In this document: one piece after another, positions 18,931 to 30,600 of the stretch | Layout of the letters: each line of letters begins with the position of its first letter | Numbering within the stretch: the first letter of the stretch is position 1 | Source: a virus | Reading direction: 5' to 3' (one strand) | Virus record (IMG/VR): IMGVR_UViG_3300035698_017726 | Span: 1-64,000 of that record | DNA: 64,000 nucleotides | Notes under the pieces: model-generated | What the model was told of the DNA's origin: nothing | The model's input: only the letters and a program-made list of their open reading frames with translations | Databases searched by the model: none | Made by a program: the position numbers and the translations under genes

Positions 18931-19992
18931 ATGATTCCACTCGATTTCCATGACGACCTCGGTAAGTTCCTGCTGGATAGCGGGGTGAACCTAGACAACG
19001 AGAAGACCGCTTCTGCCTTGCAGGGAGCTCAGTTCAAGGAGAGAGCCGAACTTCAAGACCGAGACTTCGCGCTGATCATGGTGGACTATGCCGGAGAAGG
19101 TCATCCGAAGTTCGCGTGCTACGACTCGACCATGGCCGCTATCTCTGCCGAGTATCTGCTGAAGAGGGCATGCTCCCAGCTGCCCGCACCTGCAGTGAAG
19201 GTTGCTGCCGCCAATCTGGTAGCAGTTTTAGGAGAGGACTTCAGCCCAGAGCTGACAAAGATGGCCTCCGACGAGAACGAATACCGTACCGTCATCGATG
19301 AGCGTAGAGTCTACGTCTCAGAGAGTGAAATTGACGCCGGGACGAGTGAGTTCCTCAAGTCCGCCCAGGTTGACTTAGACAGCTCCGCGTACAACAAGGT
19401 GGCCAGCGCTGGGCGGCGCTGGGCGGACCTGGATGACTGGGCGCGTAGAGAACTGGCCCTGGACGTCGTGAAGATGGCTGACGCTGCTGGGGCGCCCTGT
19501 CCTTGGACGATTCGTCAGTACGCTGGAGAGGAGCTCAGTGAAAAGTTCTCTAGCCTCTGCCGCCATCGGATGCACTACACTGCTGACAAAGAGATTCTTG
19601 ACAACTACGACCGCCTGTCCAAGATGGCCGGAGTCATGAATACTGAGGACGTCTTGGAGGCGCTCTGCCTCATCGACGAGCAGGCACAGGTCATCCCCAA
19701 GTATGGAGCCGCCCTCCCTCACCCAGTCCTCTGTGTCTATGGCCAGGAGAAGCAGGCCGAATACTCCTGGATTGAAGGTGCGGACATGGTCAACGAGTCA
19801 CAGCTAAAGGCTCTCAGTGGGTCGGCCAAGCTCTATGACATTATGGGTGACGCGTTCACCAAGGATGTCTGTGACAAGTTCCGTAAGGATCCAATGGGTG
19901 TCTTCAAGAAGTCCCCCAAGGAACTGAAGATCATCTTGGCTCGCATGGCTACCCAGTCGGGTAAGCACAATGAGGGCGGAGGTCCTGCATGA
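18931..19992 (+). CDS. Putative internal head protein rich in K-x-A motifs
   Basis: EKTAS, VKVAA, TKMAS, LKSAQ, NKVAS, VKMAD, SKMAG, EKQAE. Confidence 0.6.
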   Translation: MIPLDFHDDLGKFLLDSGVNLDNEKTASALQGAQFKERAELQDRDFALIMVDYAGEGHPKFACYDSTMAAISAEYLLKRACSQLPAPAVKVAAANLVAVLGEDFSPELTKMASDENEYRTVIDERRVYVSESEIDAGTSEFLKSAQVDLDSSAYNKVASAGRRWADLDDWARRELALDVVKMADAAGAPCPWTIRQYAGEELSEKFSSLCRHRMHYTADKEILDNYDRLSKMAGVMNTEDVLEALCLIDEQAQVIPKYGAALPHPVLCVYGQEKQAEYSWIEGADMVNESQLKALSGSAKLYDIMGDAFTKDVCDKFRKDPMGVFKKSPKELKIILARMATQSGKHNEGGGPA

Positions 19993-20786
19993 GGCCGACG
20001 CTGACCGACGAACAGACTCACCCAATCATTCTACTCCGCATACTCACCAAGAAGTATGGAGTGGACTGGATGGAGTGGCCTCCGTCCGTCCTGAAGAAGA
20101 CGCTCAATGACGACTTCAAGGTCCCCATCGCTAGGATCAACGTAGCCAAGGCCATGGCTGTGGCTTCTATCGCTACCAGAGATGAGTTCTGGACCAAGTG
20201 GGAGACTTTCCACTACCTGACTCAGGCACTGAATAACAACATCCCGCATCTCACCGAGATGCAGGACCTCGGTGTGGGCCAGATGATGGTAGCTGTGGAC
20301 ATCGCTTCTACTATCCGTAAGGAACTGAAGGAGCTCAGCAGCGAGCCAGAGTTCGCTGAGGATGTAGCCAGGTTCATTGCGGCTCAAGCCAAACACGACG
20401 GCGTCTGGTACCTGCCGGAGCCTCTGGAATTCGCAGCGGCCTATGCGGCCGGAAAGTGGTTTAGTTGTCCAGACTGTGGGTCAGAGGGCGAGGTTATTCA
20501 CGACGATGGAGTCTGCGATATCTGCACTGACCGCCTCAGCACGGAGTCCTTGGGTAGTTGGGTAAGCCATCCAGAACTACTGAAGAAGAGCTGGGGCAAG
20601 AGCATCAAGACCTTTGAAAAGAATCCCACAGCCAAGGTAAAGTCTCGACTAGAGAAGGCCCTGGCCTCTCCTAATGTGACTCTGCACGAGAACTCTGCAG
20701 ATATTTGCGCTGTCAGGCTGATTGTAGCGCTCAACTACATGGGTAAGCGCAGAGAGCAGTTGAAGGAGCAAGAGAATGCCGACTGA
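19989..20786 (+). CDS. Hypothetical virion-module protein with Zn finger
   Basis: ATGA-coupled; CPDC...CDIC. Confidence 0.65.
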   Translation: MRPTLTDEQTHPIILLRILTKKYGVDWMEWPPSVLKKTLNDDFKVPIARINVAKAMAVASIATRDEFWTKWETFHYLTQALNNNIPHLTEMQDLGVGQMMVAVDIASTIRKELKELSSEPEFAEDVARFIAAQAKHDGVWYLPEPLEFAAAYAAGKWFSCPDCGSEGEVIHDDGVCDICTDRLSTESLGSWVSHPELLKKSWGKSIKTFEKNPTAKVKSRLEKALASPNVTLHENSADICAVRLIVALNYMGKRREQLKEQENAD

Positions 20787-21702
20787 TCCCACTGTCTATT
20801 ACTACTTCTCTGAAGAGATGCAGAAAGAAGCGCTCGAAGCTGGAGCCTTCAAGGACTTTGCTGGGAGCGTCGGTAGAGATGCCTTGAACGCGGCCAAGAA
20901 AGTCCCTGAGTTCTTGTCGAGTCAAGCGGGCAACCTTGCTGCCGCAGCTACTACTAACGACGCAGGCAAGTCTCTTCCCGTCGGCGAGCAGCTGAGGAAT
21001 GTGGGTGGCGCAGCTTGGAAAGGCATCAAGGCAATTCCAGGTGCTACACTCAACACCGCTGTGGATTCTGCCAAGAACGTGACCAAGCCGCTTCGAGACT
21101 TAGTTCGGCACCCAGTAGATACGGCGCAGGCGGGGTGGGGTAAGCTCAGCCCAGGGGTGATCAAGGCCCAAGCCGCTGCCCAAGCCGCAACGCAAAATAC
21201 AGGGCGAGCATATGGGTCCACGATAGGAGATACCAATAGTCTGTCGGATAGGTTGCGTAACAGCGGCTGGTTGGCCAATGTCGCTAAGTACCAGGGCGGC
21301 GCCGAGACTGAGATTGGGGATCACCTCTCTAGAGCGAGGAACACCATCGGACGTGCGCTGCCGGGTCAGAAGGCGATCTTTACAGGCACTACTGCCTTGA
21401 GCACCGCTAATGCTCTTCGGCAAAAGGAAGACAGTAGGACGGGTAGGCAGCTAGGACTAGGAGAACGCGTAGGACGCGCCGCCGGTAGTGTAGGTGGGGC
21501 CCTGGCCATGAATACTTTTGCCCCAGGAGGCAACTTCGCAGCCCGCATGATTGGAAAGAGGTATGCAGGTAGGATGATTGGAGGAGCTACCTCTAATGCA
21601 GGTCGCGTGGTAGATACTGCGGTGAACAAGGTACGCGGTAGACTACCCCAAGATGCCGCGCAGCGACGTCTGCAGTATCCTGCTGGGTACGGAGCCAGGT
21701 AA
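20776..21702 (+). CDS. Basic Gly/Ala-rich putative cargo protein with F-SEEMQKEA leader
   Basis: N-terminal YYYFSEEMQKEA and C-terminal GxxxG stretches. Confidence 0.55.
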   Translation: MPTDPTVYYYFSEEMQKEALEAGAFKDFAGSVGRDALNAAKKVPEFLSSQAGNLAAAATTNDAGKSLPVGEQLRNVGGAAWKGIKAIPGATLNTAVDSAKNVTKPLRDLVRHPVDTAQAGWGKLSPGVIKAQAAAQAATQNTGRAYGSTIGDTNSLSDRLRNSGWLANVAKYQGGAETEIGDHLSRARNTIGRALPGQKAIFTGTTALSTANALRQKEDSRTGRQLGLGERVGRAAGSVGGALAMNTFAPGGNFAARMIGKRYAGRMIGGATSNAGRVVDTAVNKVRGRLPQDAAQRRLQYPAGYGAR

Positions 21703-23672
21703 TGAACACTCTCTCTAGCGAATACAACAGGTTCAACCCCAGACCTACCTCTAGCGCAACAGGTGGTCGAGGGTTCGGTGTTCGCTACCCATCGCCCTTC
21801 TTCGACGTAGCTCAACAGTTCTTACCAGAAAACATACACCAGCTCCATGTCTGGTGTCGGTACTACTTCCTTACGAACCCCATCATCAACGTCGCCTGCC
21901 AGAAGATGGCGGAGTATCCAGTCACCAAGCTGGTGTATGAGACCGAAGATGAGAAGATCCAGAAGCTCTACTCCACGCTGGAGAGGAACCTACACCTCCG
22001 CCAGTTCCAAGTAGAGGTAGGCCTCGATTACTTCGTCTATGGCAATGCCTTCGTAAGCATCTGGTATCCGCTGGAGAAATACCTCCTCTGTACCAAGTGC
22101 AACAAGCGACACAGAGCCTCCAAGTCTCGTGAGTTCTATAAGTGGAAGGACTCCAAGTTTCAGCTGAAGTGCCCTGACTGTGGCCATGAAGGCTGGGCCA
22201 AGGAAATCGACCACTATCCCCGGAAGTTCAGAGAGATCCGTCTCATCAGATGGAACACCGAGAACATTTACCTCAAGCATAATGAGGTCACGGGTGCGAC
22301 CAAGTACTACTACAAGATCCCGAAGAGCATCATCAATGACGTGAAGATGGGAGACCGGGAGACCGTAGAGACAATGCCGTCGGCGTTCCTGGAAGCTATC
22401 CGTAAGGGCCGCTCTCTCCTCTTCAAGAACGACAACTTCTTTCACCTGAAGCGGCCGACTATCGCGCAGAAGGACCAGGGCTGGGGAGCTCCCCTCATCT
22501 TTCCTCTGCTCAAGGACGCGTTCTACCTGCAGGTGATGAAGAAGGCCCAAGAGACGCTGCTCATGGAGCACGTCGTACCTCTCAGGGTCATCTTCCCTGG
22601 AGCTTCTCAGGACGGAAACGCCGGCGCGTACAGTACGTACAACCTCCAGAACTGGAAGGAGAAGATCAATACTGAGCTCAGCCTCTGGAAGAGGGACAAC
22701 AACTACATCCCAATTCTTCCGGTCAACGTAGGCTTCCAGCAGTGGGGCGGTACAGCTAAGGCTCTGATTCTCCACCAGGAATTTAGGTTCACGGCGGAGC
22801 AGATGCTGGCCGGTGCCGGTATCCCGGTCGAGTTCGTATTCGGTGGCCTTCAGTGGAGCGGTACGAACACATCTCTTCGCGCACTGGAGAACATGTTCGT
22901 TGGGTACAACCTCCAGCGGCACGAGCTGATCAACGACTTTATTATCGGTAGCATCGCCGAGTGGATGGAATGGCCCAAGGTCAAGTCCAAGTTCGACCGC
23001 TTCAAGATGGCCGACGACCTGCAGAGGTCGATGTTCTACCTTCAGCTCAACCAAGCACAGAAGATCTCCGACCGTAGGCTTCTCGAAGAGATCGGTGAGG
23101 ACTTTGACGCTGAGAACGGAAGGATGGACGAAGAGCTCAAGCGTCAGCTCCAGACTCAGCGCAAGATGCAGGTGGCCTCCGCCGATATCCAGGGCGAGTC
23201 CATGCTTCGTCAGTCACGGTACCAGGCCAAGGCTACTGCTCTGCAGACCGAAGCACAGATGGAGGCCCAGTTCGCTACCCAGGCAAAGGCAGAAGCTCAG
23301 GCGCAGGGACAGCCTCCTGCGCCAGAACCTCCTACCACGGCTTTCGATCAACAGGGCCAGCCTGGAAGTGGGCCTCCTGGCACAGAACTTCCCCCCGGTA
23401 TGCAGGGCATGGGTTCCCCTCTTCAAGAAGGGCAAGGCGGCGTAGATCTGGCGTACATGGCCAAGAGGGCTGCTTCATATCTGAAGACCGTTCAGAAGGA
23501 GTCCGGTGACGACGCCATGTATCAGGAGCTCCAGAAGATGCAGATGGATAATCCTCCTCTGTACAAGCTAGTCATTCAGGTCCTGAACGACGGCGGCTCT
23601 AAGGATAACCCCATGAGCGCCCTAGAGAATCCGAACCCATCTGGTCAGGCTGCTCCTGCTAGAACCGTATAG
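21702..23672 (+). CDS. Portal protein with Zn-ribbon insertion
   Basis: W.RYY...NPII, DYFVYGNAF, FHLKRP...GWG.P, coiled-coil crown and Q/P-rich tail. Confidence 0.8.
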   Translation: MNTLSSEYNRFNPRPTSSATGGRGFGVRYPSPFFDVAQQFLPENIHQLHVWCRYYFLTNPIINVACQKMAEYPVTKLVYETEDEKIQKLYSTLERNLHLRQFQVEVGLDYFVYGNAFVSIWYPLEKYLLCTKCNKRHRASKSREFYKWKDSKFQLKCPDCGHEGWAKEIDHYPRKFREIRLIRWNTENIYLKHNEVTGATKYYYKIPKSIINDVKMGDRETVETMPSAFLEAIRKGRSLLFKNDNFFHLKRPTIAQKDQGWGAPLIFPLLKDAFYLQVMKKAQETLLMEHVVPLRVIFPGASQDGNAGAYSTYNLQNWKEKINTELSLWKRDNNYIPILPVNVGFQQWGGTAKALILHQEFRFTAEQMLAGAGIPVEFVFGGLQWSGTNTSLRALENMFVGYNLQRHELINDFIIGSIAEWMEWPKVKSKFDRFKMADDLQRSMFYLQLNQAQKISDRRLLEEIGEDFDAENGRMDEELKRQLQTQRKMQVASADIQGESMLRQSRYQAKATALQTEAQMEAQFATQAKAEAQAQGQPPAPEPPTTAFDQQGQPGSGPPGTELPPGMQGMGSPLQEGQGGVDLAYMAKRAASYLKTVQKESGDDAMYQELQKMQMDNPPLYKLVIQVLNDGGSKDNPMSALENPNPSGQAAPARTV

Positions 23673-23681
23673 GACGTCTCC

Positions 23682-24011
23682 ATGCACTACACTCTCGATA
23701 AGATCGGCTCCGCCTACTCACTAGCCGCAGAGAAGCTTGCTGCTGACATGCCGGGCAGTAAGCCCCAAGTGCCGCTAAAGGTACAGCATGGTCCTGCTTT
23801 CGGGGGAGTAGGGTCGAACATCCGAAGGATGGCTACTAGTGACGTCCCGAAAAGAGGGGTCACTGGCGCGCTAAAGAATGTGGCTAGCAAGGTCGCCCCC
23901 GCTACTAAGGCCTTGGGTCCTGTGACCCAGAGTGCCGCAGCTACGGGCACCAAGGTACTGCCGAACCTAATCGGCAAAGCCGTAAAGCCTTTGGTACGGG
24001 CAGCAGCCTAG
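23682..24011 (+). CDS. Small basic protein with EKLAA leader
   Basis: MHYTLDKIGSAY...EKLAA; the N-terminus resembles that of 36699. Confidence 0.55.
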   Translation: MHYTLDKIGSAYSLAAEKLAADMPGSKPQVPLKVQHGPAFGGVGSNIRRMATSDVPKRGVTGALKNVASKVAPATKALGPVTQSAAATGTKVLPNLIGKAVKPLVRAAA

Positions 24012-24030
24012 TGGCTAAAGAGACGGCCAC

Positions 24031-24351
24031 CTAAATGGCCAGCAGCAAACACGGGGATTCGTACCCGCACTGCTGGCAGCAGCCGTCAGCCCAGTATCCT
24101 AGTGACATCATGCCCTCGGAGCACCGAGAGCAGAGCCACTTCGCCTGAGCCGCTTCAATGAGTTCCTCTACGAGCGGACAGCTGCCGCAGTCAACCCTTC
24201 CACAGAATGCTTTCTCTTCATCCACTAGGAGTAGAGGACAGTAAACTGAGATGGACGGTTCTGTACTGCCGGGCATGCTGGTAGGGAGGTCTGCCGGTTC
24301 CAGTAAGTCCCTTGCCGCTTCTCTAAGTAGTTTTTGGTATGGACTCGACAT
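24031..24351 (-). CDS. Cys-rich hypothetical protein
   Basis: Multiple CxxC motifs; last gene of a small minus-strand unit. Confidence 0.55.
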   Translation of the reverse strand: MSSPYQKLLREAARDLLEPADLPTSMPGSTEPSISVYCPLLLVDEEKAFCGRVDCGSCPLVEELIEAAQAKWLCSRCSEGMMSLGYWADGCCQQCGYESPCLLLAI

Positions 24352-24433
24352 CTAGGCCATCTATCACATCTTTTAGGCCTAGAACGAATCCACACGCAAA
24401 CCCGAATACTATAATCCAGAGAGGGAAGTTCAC
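24323..24433 (-). CDS. Possible 36-aa single-TM membrane peptide
   Basis: MNFPLWIIVFGFACGFVLGLKD. GTGA-coupled to a 59-aa ORF starting at 24609. Confidence 0.35.
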   Translation of the reverse strand: MNFPLWIIVFGFACGFVLGLKDVIDGLDVESIPKTT

Positions 24434-24678
24434 TTCTTCCTTGTACTCGCCGTTCCTTGGCTGGGCTCTTGCCCGCTTTTCTCTGTCCTCTGTTCCCCGT
24501 ATACTGCAGAACGGACCAGGTCTGCGAACTTCGCGCATGTACTGGGCCTGCTACTGCCTCCACTGCCTGTAGAAACTCCTGGAGGAGCGATTGGCTGTAG
24601 TGGTTTCATGATAAAGACAGAAAGGGGTTAGAACCTCTCCTGCCACAGAACTTATGCCTAAAACCAGTGAGCTATTGA

Positions 24679-27600
24679 ATGGCCAACCTAAATCCAGAGG
24701 GCGCATTCGCCTCCCTCAAAGAAAGAACCAAGGATGCCATCAAAGCCCAGTTCCCCTACGTCGGAAAGAAGCATCGACTAGAGCTGGACAATCTCGAGGT
24801 AGTAGACTCCGGAGATAACCCTTCTTCGCTCTACCATGTCGACAACATTCAGTCTCAATATGATGCCAAGACCAAGGGTAGAACGTGGGCTGTCCCCATC
24901 AAGGCCGACCTTCGGCTAGTGAATGTGGATACCGGAAAGGTGATGGACAGATCCTCCATCACCCTCGGCAGACTTCCCAAGCTCACTCGTAGGTACACCT
25001 ACATCATCGATGGACAGGAGCGTCAGCACGACTCCGTCTTCCTTCTTCGAGCTCGGCCGTACCACATCAAGACCGATAGTGGCGCCATTCAGGCAAAATG
25101 GAACCTGGCCAAGGGCCATGGCTTTGACCTAACCATCGACCCATCGACGGGTGTGATGAAGATGAAGGTCGGCACCACCAATATCGCTCTGTACCCCGTA
25201 CTCAAGGCCATGGGGCTATCCGACTCGGATCTGGAGGCTAAGTGGGGACGCAGGGTCCTTGAGACCAATAAGGCCAAGGGTAAGCCAGAAGAGCTGCTGA
25301 AGTTCCACAGGTTCTTCAGCCGGCGCTACAAGGGGTACTCGACTCCGAACGTAGATGAAGCCGCAGCCTTCGTCCGAACCACCTTCGAGGCCACAGAGCT
25401 CCGCCCCGACGCCATGAAGACGGCCTTCGGAAAGGAGTTCACCAAGGTAGATGGAGAGAATCTTCTCCTGTCTTCAGCCAGAATCCTCAACATCAGTAGA
25501 GGTAAGGAAGAGGAAGACGATAGGCAGTCCCTAGCCTCCAAGGACCTGACCGGAACAGAGGACTTCATCGTCAAGTTCATTGCGCGCGGCACCAGAGACA
25601 TGAGCCGTAAGGTCAAGAACAACCTGGACCGGGCCGATAAGATCTCCGACATCATCTCGCCGAATATGTACACGCGCACCATCCTGAGCACCTTCCAGGA
25701 AGCGCAGCGCCCAGACCAGACAAATCCGCTCAACTTCATCTCTGGCTACCAGAGAACCACTATCCGTGGCGCCTCCTACGGCGGCATCAAGGGAGAGCGC
25801 GTCAACCTGGACAGGGACAAGCAGATCAACCCATCCCACCTAGGCTTCTTGGATCCTGTGCAGACGCCTGAGTCTCAGGACACTGGCGTAGTCCTTCATC
25901 TGCCCCTGGGTGTACGGAAAGAAGGAACCCAGCTCAAGATTGACGTCTACGATGTCAAGAAGAAGGCCTGGGTGGCTGTCACTCCGGGAGACCTAGAGTT
26001 CGAGGTTGTTGCCTACCCGGACCAGGTCAAGTGGGTAGATGGAAAGCCTAAGCCCATCGCCAAGAACGTAGCTGTCTACGATAAGGACCGCCAGACGGCT
26101 AAGCGTCCTTGGACCTCAGTCAGGTACATCTTGGCCTCCACCAAGGGACTCTTCTCCTTCGGCGCCAACCTGATTCCCTTCCTAGGAAACAACAACGGAA
26201 ACCGCGCCATGATGGGCGTGAAGCAGATGGAGCAGGCTGTCTCACTGGTGAACCGGGAGCAGCCCTTGGTCCAGACCAAGGCCAGCAAGAACATGTCCTT
26301 CGAGGAAGCGGTCGGCTCGTTCAGTGCCCACTTCTCTCCCATAGACGGGACAGTTACCTCTGTCACCAAGGATGAGATCGTCATTCAGGGCGCCAACAGG
26401 AAGGTCTCACGCGTCCAGATCTACAACAACTTCCCCCTCAACGGAGGAAAGGGTGTCCTCAACGCTATCGCCAAGGTGAAGCGCGGAGAGAAGGTAAAGA
26501 AGGGACAGCTCATAGCGGACACCAACTTCACTGAGAACGGGCATCTTGCTCTTGGGGCTAACATCAGAGTGGCGTACATCCCCTACAAGGGGCTGAACTT
26601 CGAGGACGGTATCGTTGTCGCTGAGTCGGCAGCGAAGAAGCTGTCCTCTATGCACATGCACCAGAACTCGGTCACTATCTTCCCCGGCATGGTGGTCAAC
26701 AAGCAGAGATGGGCTGACTACGCTCTCCCAGAACTGGCCACCCAAGAGCGGATGGCCAAGCTGGACAATGATGGTGTGGTCAAGGAAGGAGAAAAGGTCA
26801 AGGAAGGGGACATCCTCGTTGCGCTACTAGCTCCCAGTGAGAGAACCAAAGACGACGAAGACGTAGCGTCTATCCGTAAGTCTCTGGTCAAGGACTACAA
26901 AGATCGGTCATTGTCATGGGACCACTCGTACCCAGGTGAGGTCGTCAAGGTCATCAGAAGCGGCAAGAAGATCATGGTCCATGTGAAGACCGAGGAGTCT
27001 CTAGCCGTAGGAGACAAGCTCACTGCTCGTCACGGCAACAAGGGCATCGTCAGCCGCATTCTTCCTGACCATGAGATGCCTCACACCAAGGACGGCAACG
27101 CTGTCCAGGTTCTGTTGAACCCAGCAGGTGTGCCTTCTCGTATGAACGCTGGGCAGATCCTAGAGACCGCTGCCTCCAAGATTGCCAAGAAGACCGGCAA
27201 GCCCTATGTCGTGGAGAACTTTGAGCACGGTAAGGACTACACGCAACAGGTCAAGGACGACCTGAAGAAGCACGGGCTGACCGACACCGAGGAGCTAATC
27301 GATGCCAAGACCGGTAGGTCACTAGGACAGGTCCTAGTAGGTGACCAGTATCTGCTGAAGCTTCACCATATGGTAGAGAAGAAGATGACGGCTAGGTCCT
27401 TTGGTGGATCCTACAACGTCCACGGGACTCCTCCAGGTGGGGCCGGTATCCCTGGTGGAGGCCAGCGTTTTGATCAGCTGTTGACCTACGCCATGCTAGC
27501 TCATGGCGCCAAGCACAACCTACGTGAGGCCTACACCTTCAAGAGCGACGCGGACCAAGACGAGGTCTGGTACGCCGTGATGACAGGCAGACCCCTACCC

Positions 27601-30600
27601 GACCCACAGCCCACTAGAGGTATGAAGAACTTCACTACCTATCTGAAGGCGATGGGCATCAATACAGAGAAGGAGGGAGACAAGTACGTCCTATCTCCCA
27701 TGACCGATAAGCAGACCACTGCCATCTCCAATGGCTCGTTGGAGTTCCCAGAGAAGGCACTGAAGGCAAAGGGCCTACGAACCATGGAGGAGGCCGGAGG
27801 TCTCTTCGACCCACGTAAGACCGGCGGCCTAAGTGGTCAGTTCTGGACACACATGGAGCTCGAGGAGAGGATCCCCAATCCCATCTTCGAAACGGCTATT
27901 CAGTCTCTACTCGGCATGAAGAAGAAAGAGTTCGAGCATATGGTTTCCGCCAGTGGTGGAGACGGAAAGCGCTCTGGCTTCGAGATCCTAGCAGAGCAGC
28001 TGCGAGTCATTGACGTTCCCTCTGAGCTGAAGAAGACGGAAGAGTCTCTTCCCAAGCTCAAGGGTCCGCAGCTAGCCAAGGCGTACAGAAAGGTACGGTA
28101 TCTCCGCGCGCTGAAGAGCAACAACGTCTCTCCTGTGGACGCGTACACCAACAAGGTGCTGCCGGTAGTTCCGCCATCGGTGCGCAGAGTAAGCATCGGC
28201 TTGGATGGGAGTCAGATCTTCGATAGCCTCAACGGGCTGTACAGGTCCGTAGGTCAGATCAATGGACAGCTAAAGAATGCTGACCCATCTACCCCATATA
28301 GTGAGATGCAGGCCCAGCGAGCTCACCTGTACGATGCTGTTAGGGCTCTTCGCATGACCGGCATGGATATGGGCGAGGGTACCAAGTCGCGACACCACTT
28401 CGGCCTGATGGAGAAGATGAAGGGCCAGGCGCCCAAGCATTCTTTCTTCCAGGACGGAGTACTGAAGCGTCGGCAGGACCTGTCAGGTAGGTCAACCATC
28501 ATTCCCGAGCCCGACATGGGACTGGATGAGGTGGGCATTCCTCTGCCAATGGCCTTGGAGCTGTATCGTCCCTTCGTACGTAGAGAGCTCTTCCTCAACC
28601 GAGGCTACGCGCCCAACCAAACTGGGCAGCTCGTTGATAAGAAGGACCCTGCAGCTATTGAGGCGCTCCACAGAGTCATCAATGAGCGTCCGGTTCTGCT
28701 GAAGAGAGACCCAGTACTCCACAAGTTCGGAGTCATGGCCTTCAAGCCGAAGATCATCTCCGGTAAGGCCATCGCCATTCACCCGCTGGTGACTGGCGGG
28801 TTCAACGCTGACTTCGATGGGGATGCCATGAGCATCTTCGTTCCGGTCTCTCAGGAAGCCGTTGATGAGGCCAAGACTAAGCTACTGCCGTCCAAGAACC
28901 TGTTCTCCCCTACCCACGGCGGCATCATGCCGGTGCCGGGTCAGGGGTCTCTACTTGGGCTGTACCAGGCTACCAAGTGGGGAACAGTCACTGCTGTCCC
29001 TACTGGCATCACTCCAACGAAGGCTATCTCGATGCTCCGAGGAGGGAAGCTCAAGCCCTCTGACGTCATCACCATTGGCGGAAAGACGACTACTCCCGGA
29101 CGACTACTCCTGGATTCGGAGCTCCCCAAGGACATGCGAGGGAACAAGACTCTTCTGTACGACCAGACCTTCCGTCTGGACAAGAGAGGACTGAAGAGAC
29201 TGCTGACCGAGGTCGGAAAGAAGCATCCTAAGAGCTTCCCAAGGGTAGTGGATGCATGGAAGGACCACGGCAACACGCTCGCCTACATGAACGGCAGCTC
29301 CATCACGCTGAACGACATCCATGACGGCAAGGAGATTAGGGACCAGGTCCTAAAGAAGTACAAGCTCGAAGAGGACTCCATCCGGTCCAGTACATTGGAC
29401 CGGAAAACCAAAGACAAGAAGGTAGTGGCCCTGTATAGCAAGGCTATGGGTGAGCTGGAGACAGTAGGCAACGTTGCGTATACTCGTAGAGGGGACAACA
29501 ACCTTCATGAGTGGGCCGCATCCGGAGCTCGTGGAGGCTGGTCCCAGTTCAGTCAGCTAGTCATGGGGCCAATGCTGGTTCAGGATTCCAAGGGTAAGCC
29601 TGTTCCTGTTCCCATCACCAAGTCCTTCGGCGAGGGACTATCCGTTCCTGAGTACTGGGCCTCTCTACACGGTGCCAGAAAGGGGACCCTCGATAGGGCT
29701 ACTGAGACTGAGAAGCCTGGCTCGCTGACCAAGGACATTATCAACACCGTCATCAATCACCACGTCACTGCGGATGACTGCGGTACCGATAAGGGCGCCG
29801 CCATGAACCCCATGGACGCGGATTGTACGGACAGGTACTTGGCCAAGGATGTGAAGCTCAAGGGTGGAGACATCATCGCGGCCCGAACCTTGCTGACTCC
29901 TCCGTCTCTTACCCGGATTCGGAACTCCAACATCCAGAAGATCGTAGTGCGGTCTCCTCTTCACTGCCGTCAGGCCTCCGGTATCTGCGCAAAGTGCTAC
30001 GGACTCAACGAGAACGGTAAGCTCTACTCGGTAGGCACCAACGTTGGTGTCATCTCAGGGAACGCCTTGGGAGAGCCTGTCACTCAGCTCACCATGAAGA
30101 CCTTCCACACCGGAGGTACCGTCACTGGGGGCGGTGAGGATGGCGATGTAATCGATAAGTTCAAGAGGGTTCAGCAGCTTTTCTTCGTACCAAAGAAGCT
30201 TCCAGGAGCCGCAACGTTGGCCACAAAGAGCGGTACCATCACTAAGGTGGTGGCCAACAGGTCACTTGGCGGCATGGATGTCTATATCGACGCTAAGCGT
30301 CACTATGTTCCTGCTGGCCTGACGCTACTGCCTAGCGTCTCCAAGGGACTGACAGTCAAGAGAGGAGATCCCCTGTCTTCTGGTCCAATCAATCCCCATT
30401 CTCTGCTGAAAGAGACCGGGAACGTCAACGCGGTACGCGCGTACATGACCGATGAACTACAGAAGACCTACCCTTCCGGGATTAGAAGGCGTAATATTGA
30501 GACCGTCGTTCAGGCAATGACCAACCTGACACAGATTGAGGCGGCAACTGACCACCCAGAATACGATAGAGGCCAGATGCTTCCGCTGTCTCAAGTAGAG

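Noticed and set aside
21990-23054. Long antisense ORFs (this one, 11508-12383, 1670-2473, 60585-61358 and others)
   Set aside because: They are shadows of well-supported genes caused by codon bias and show no protein motifs.
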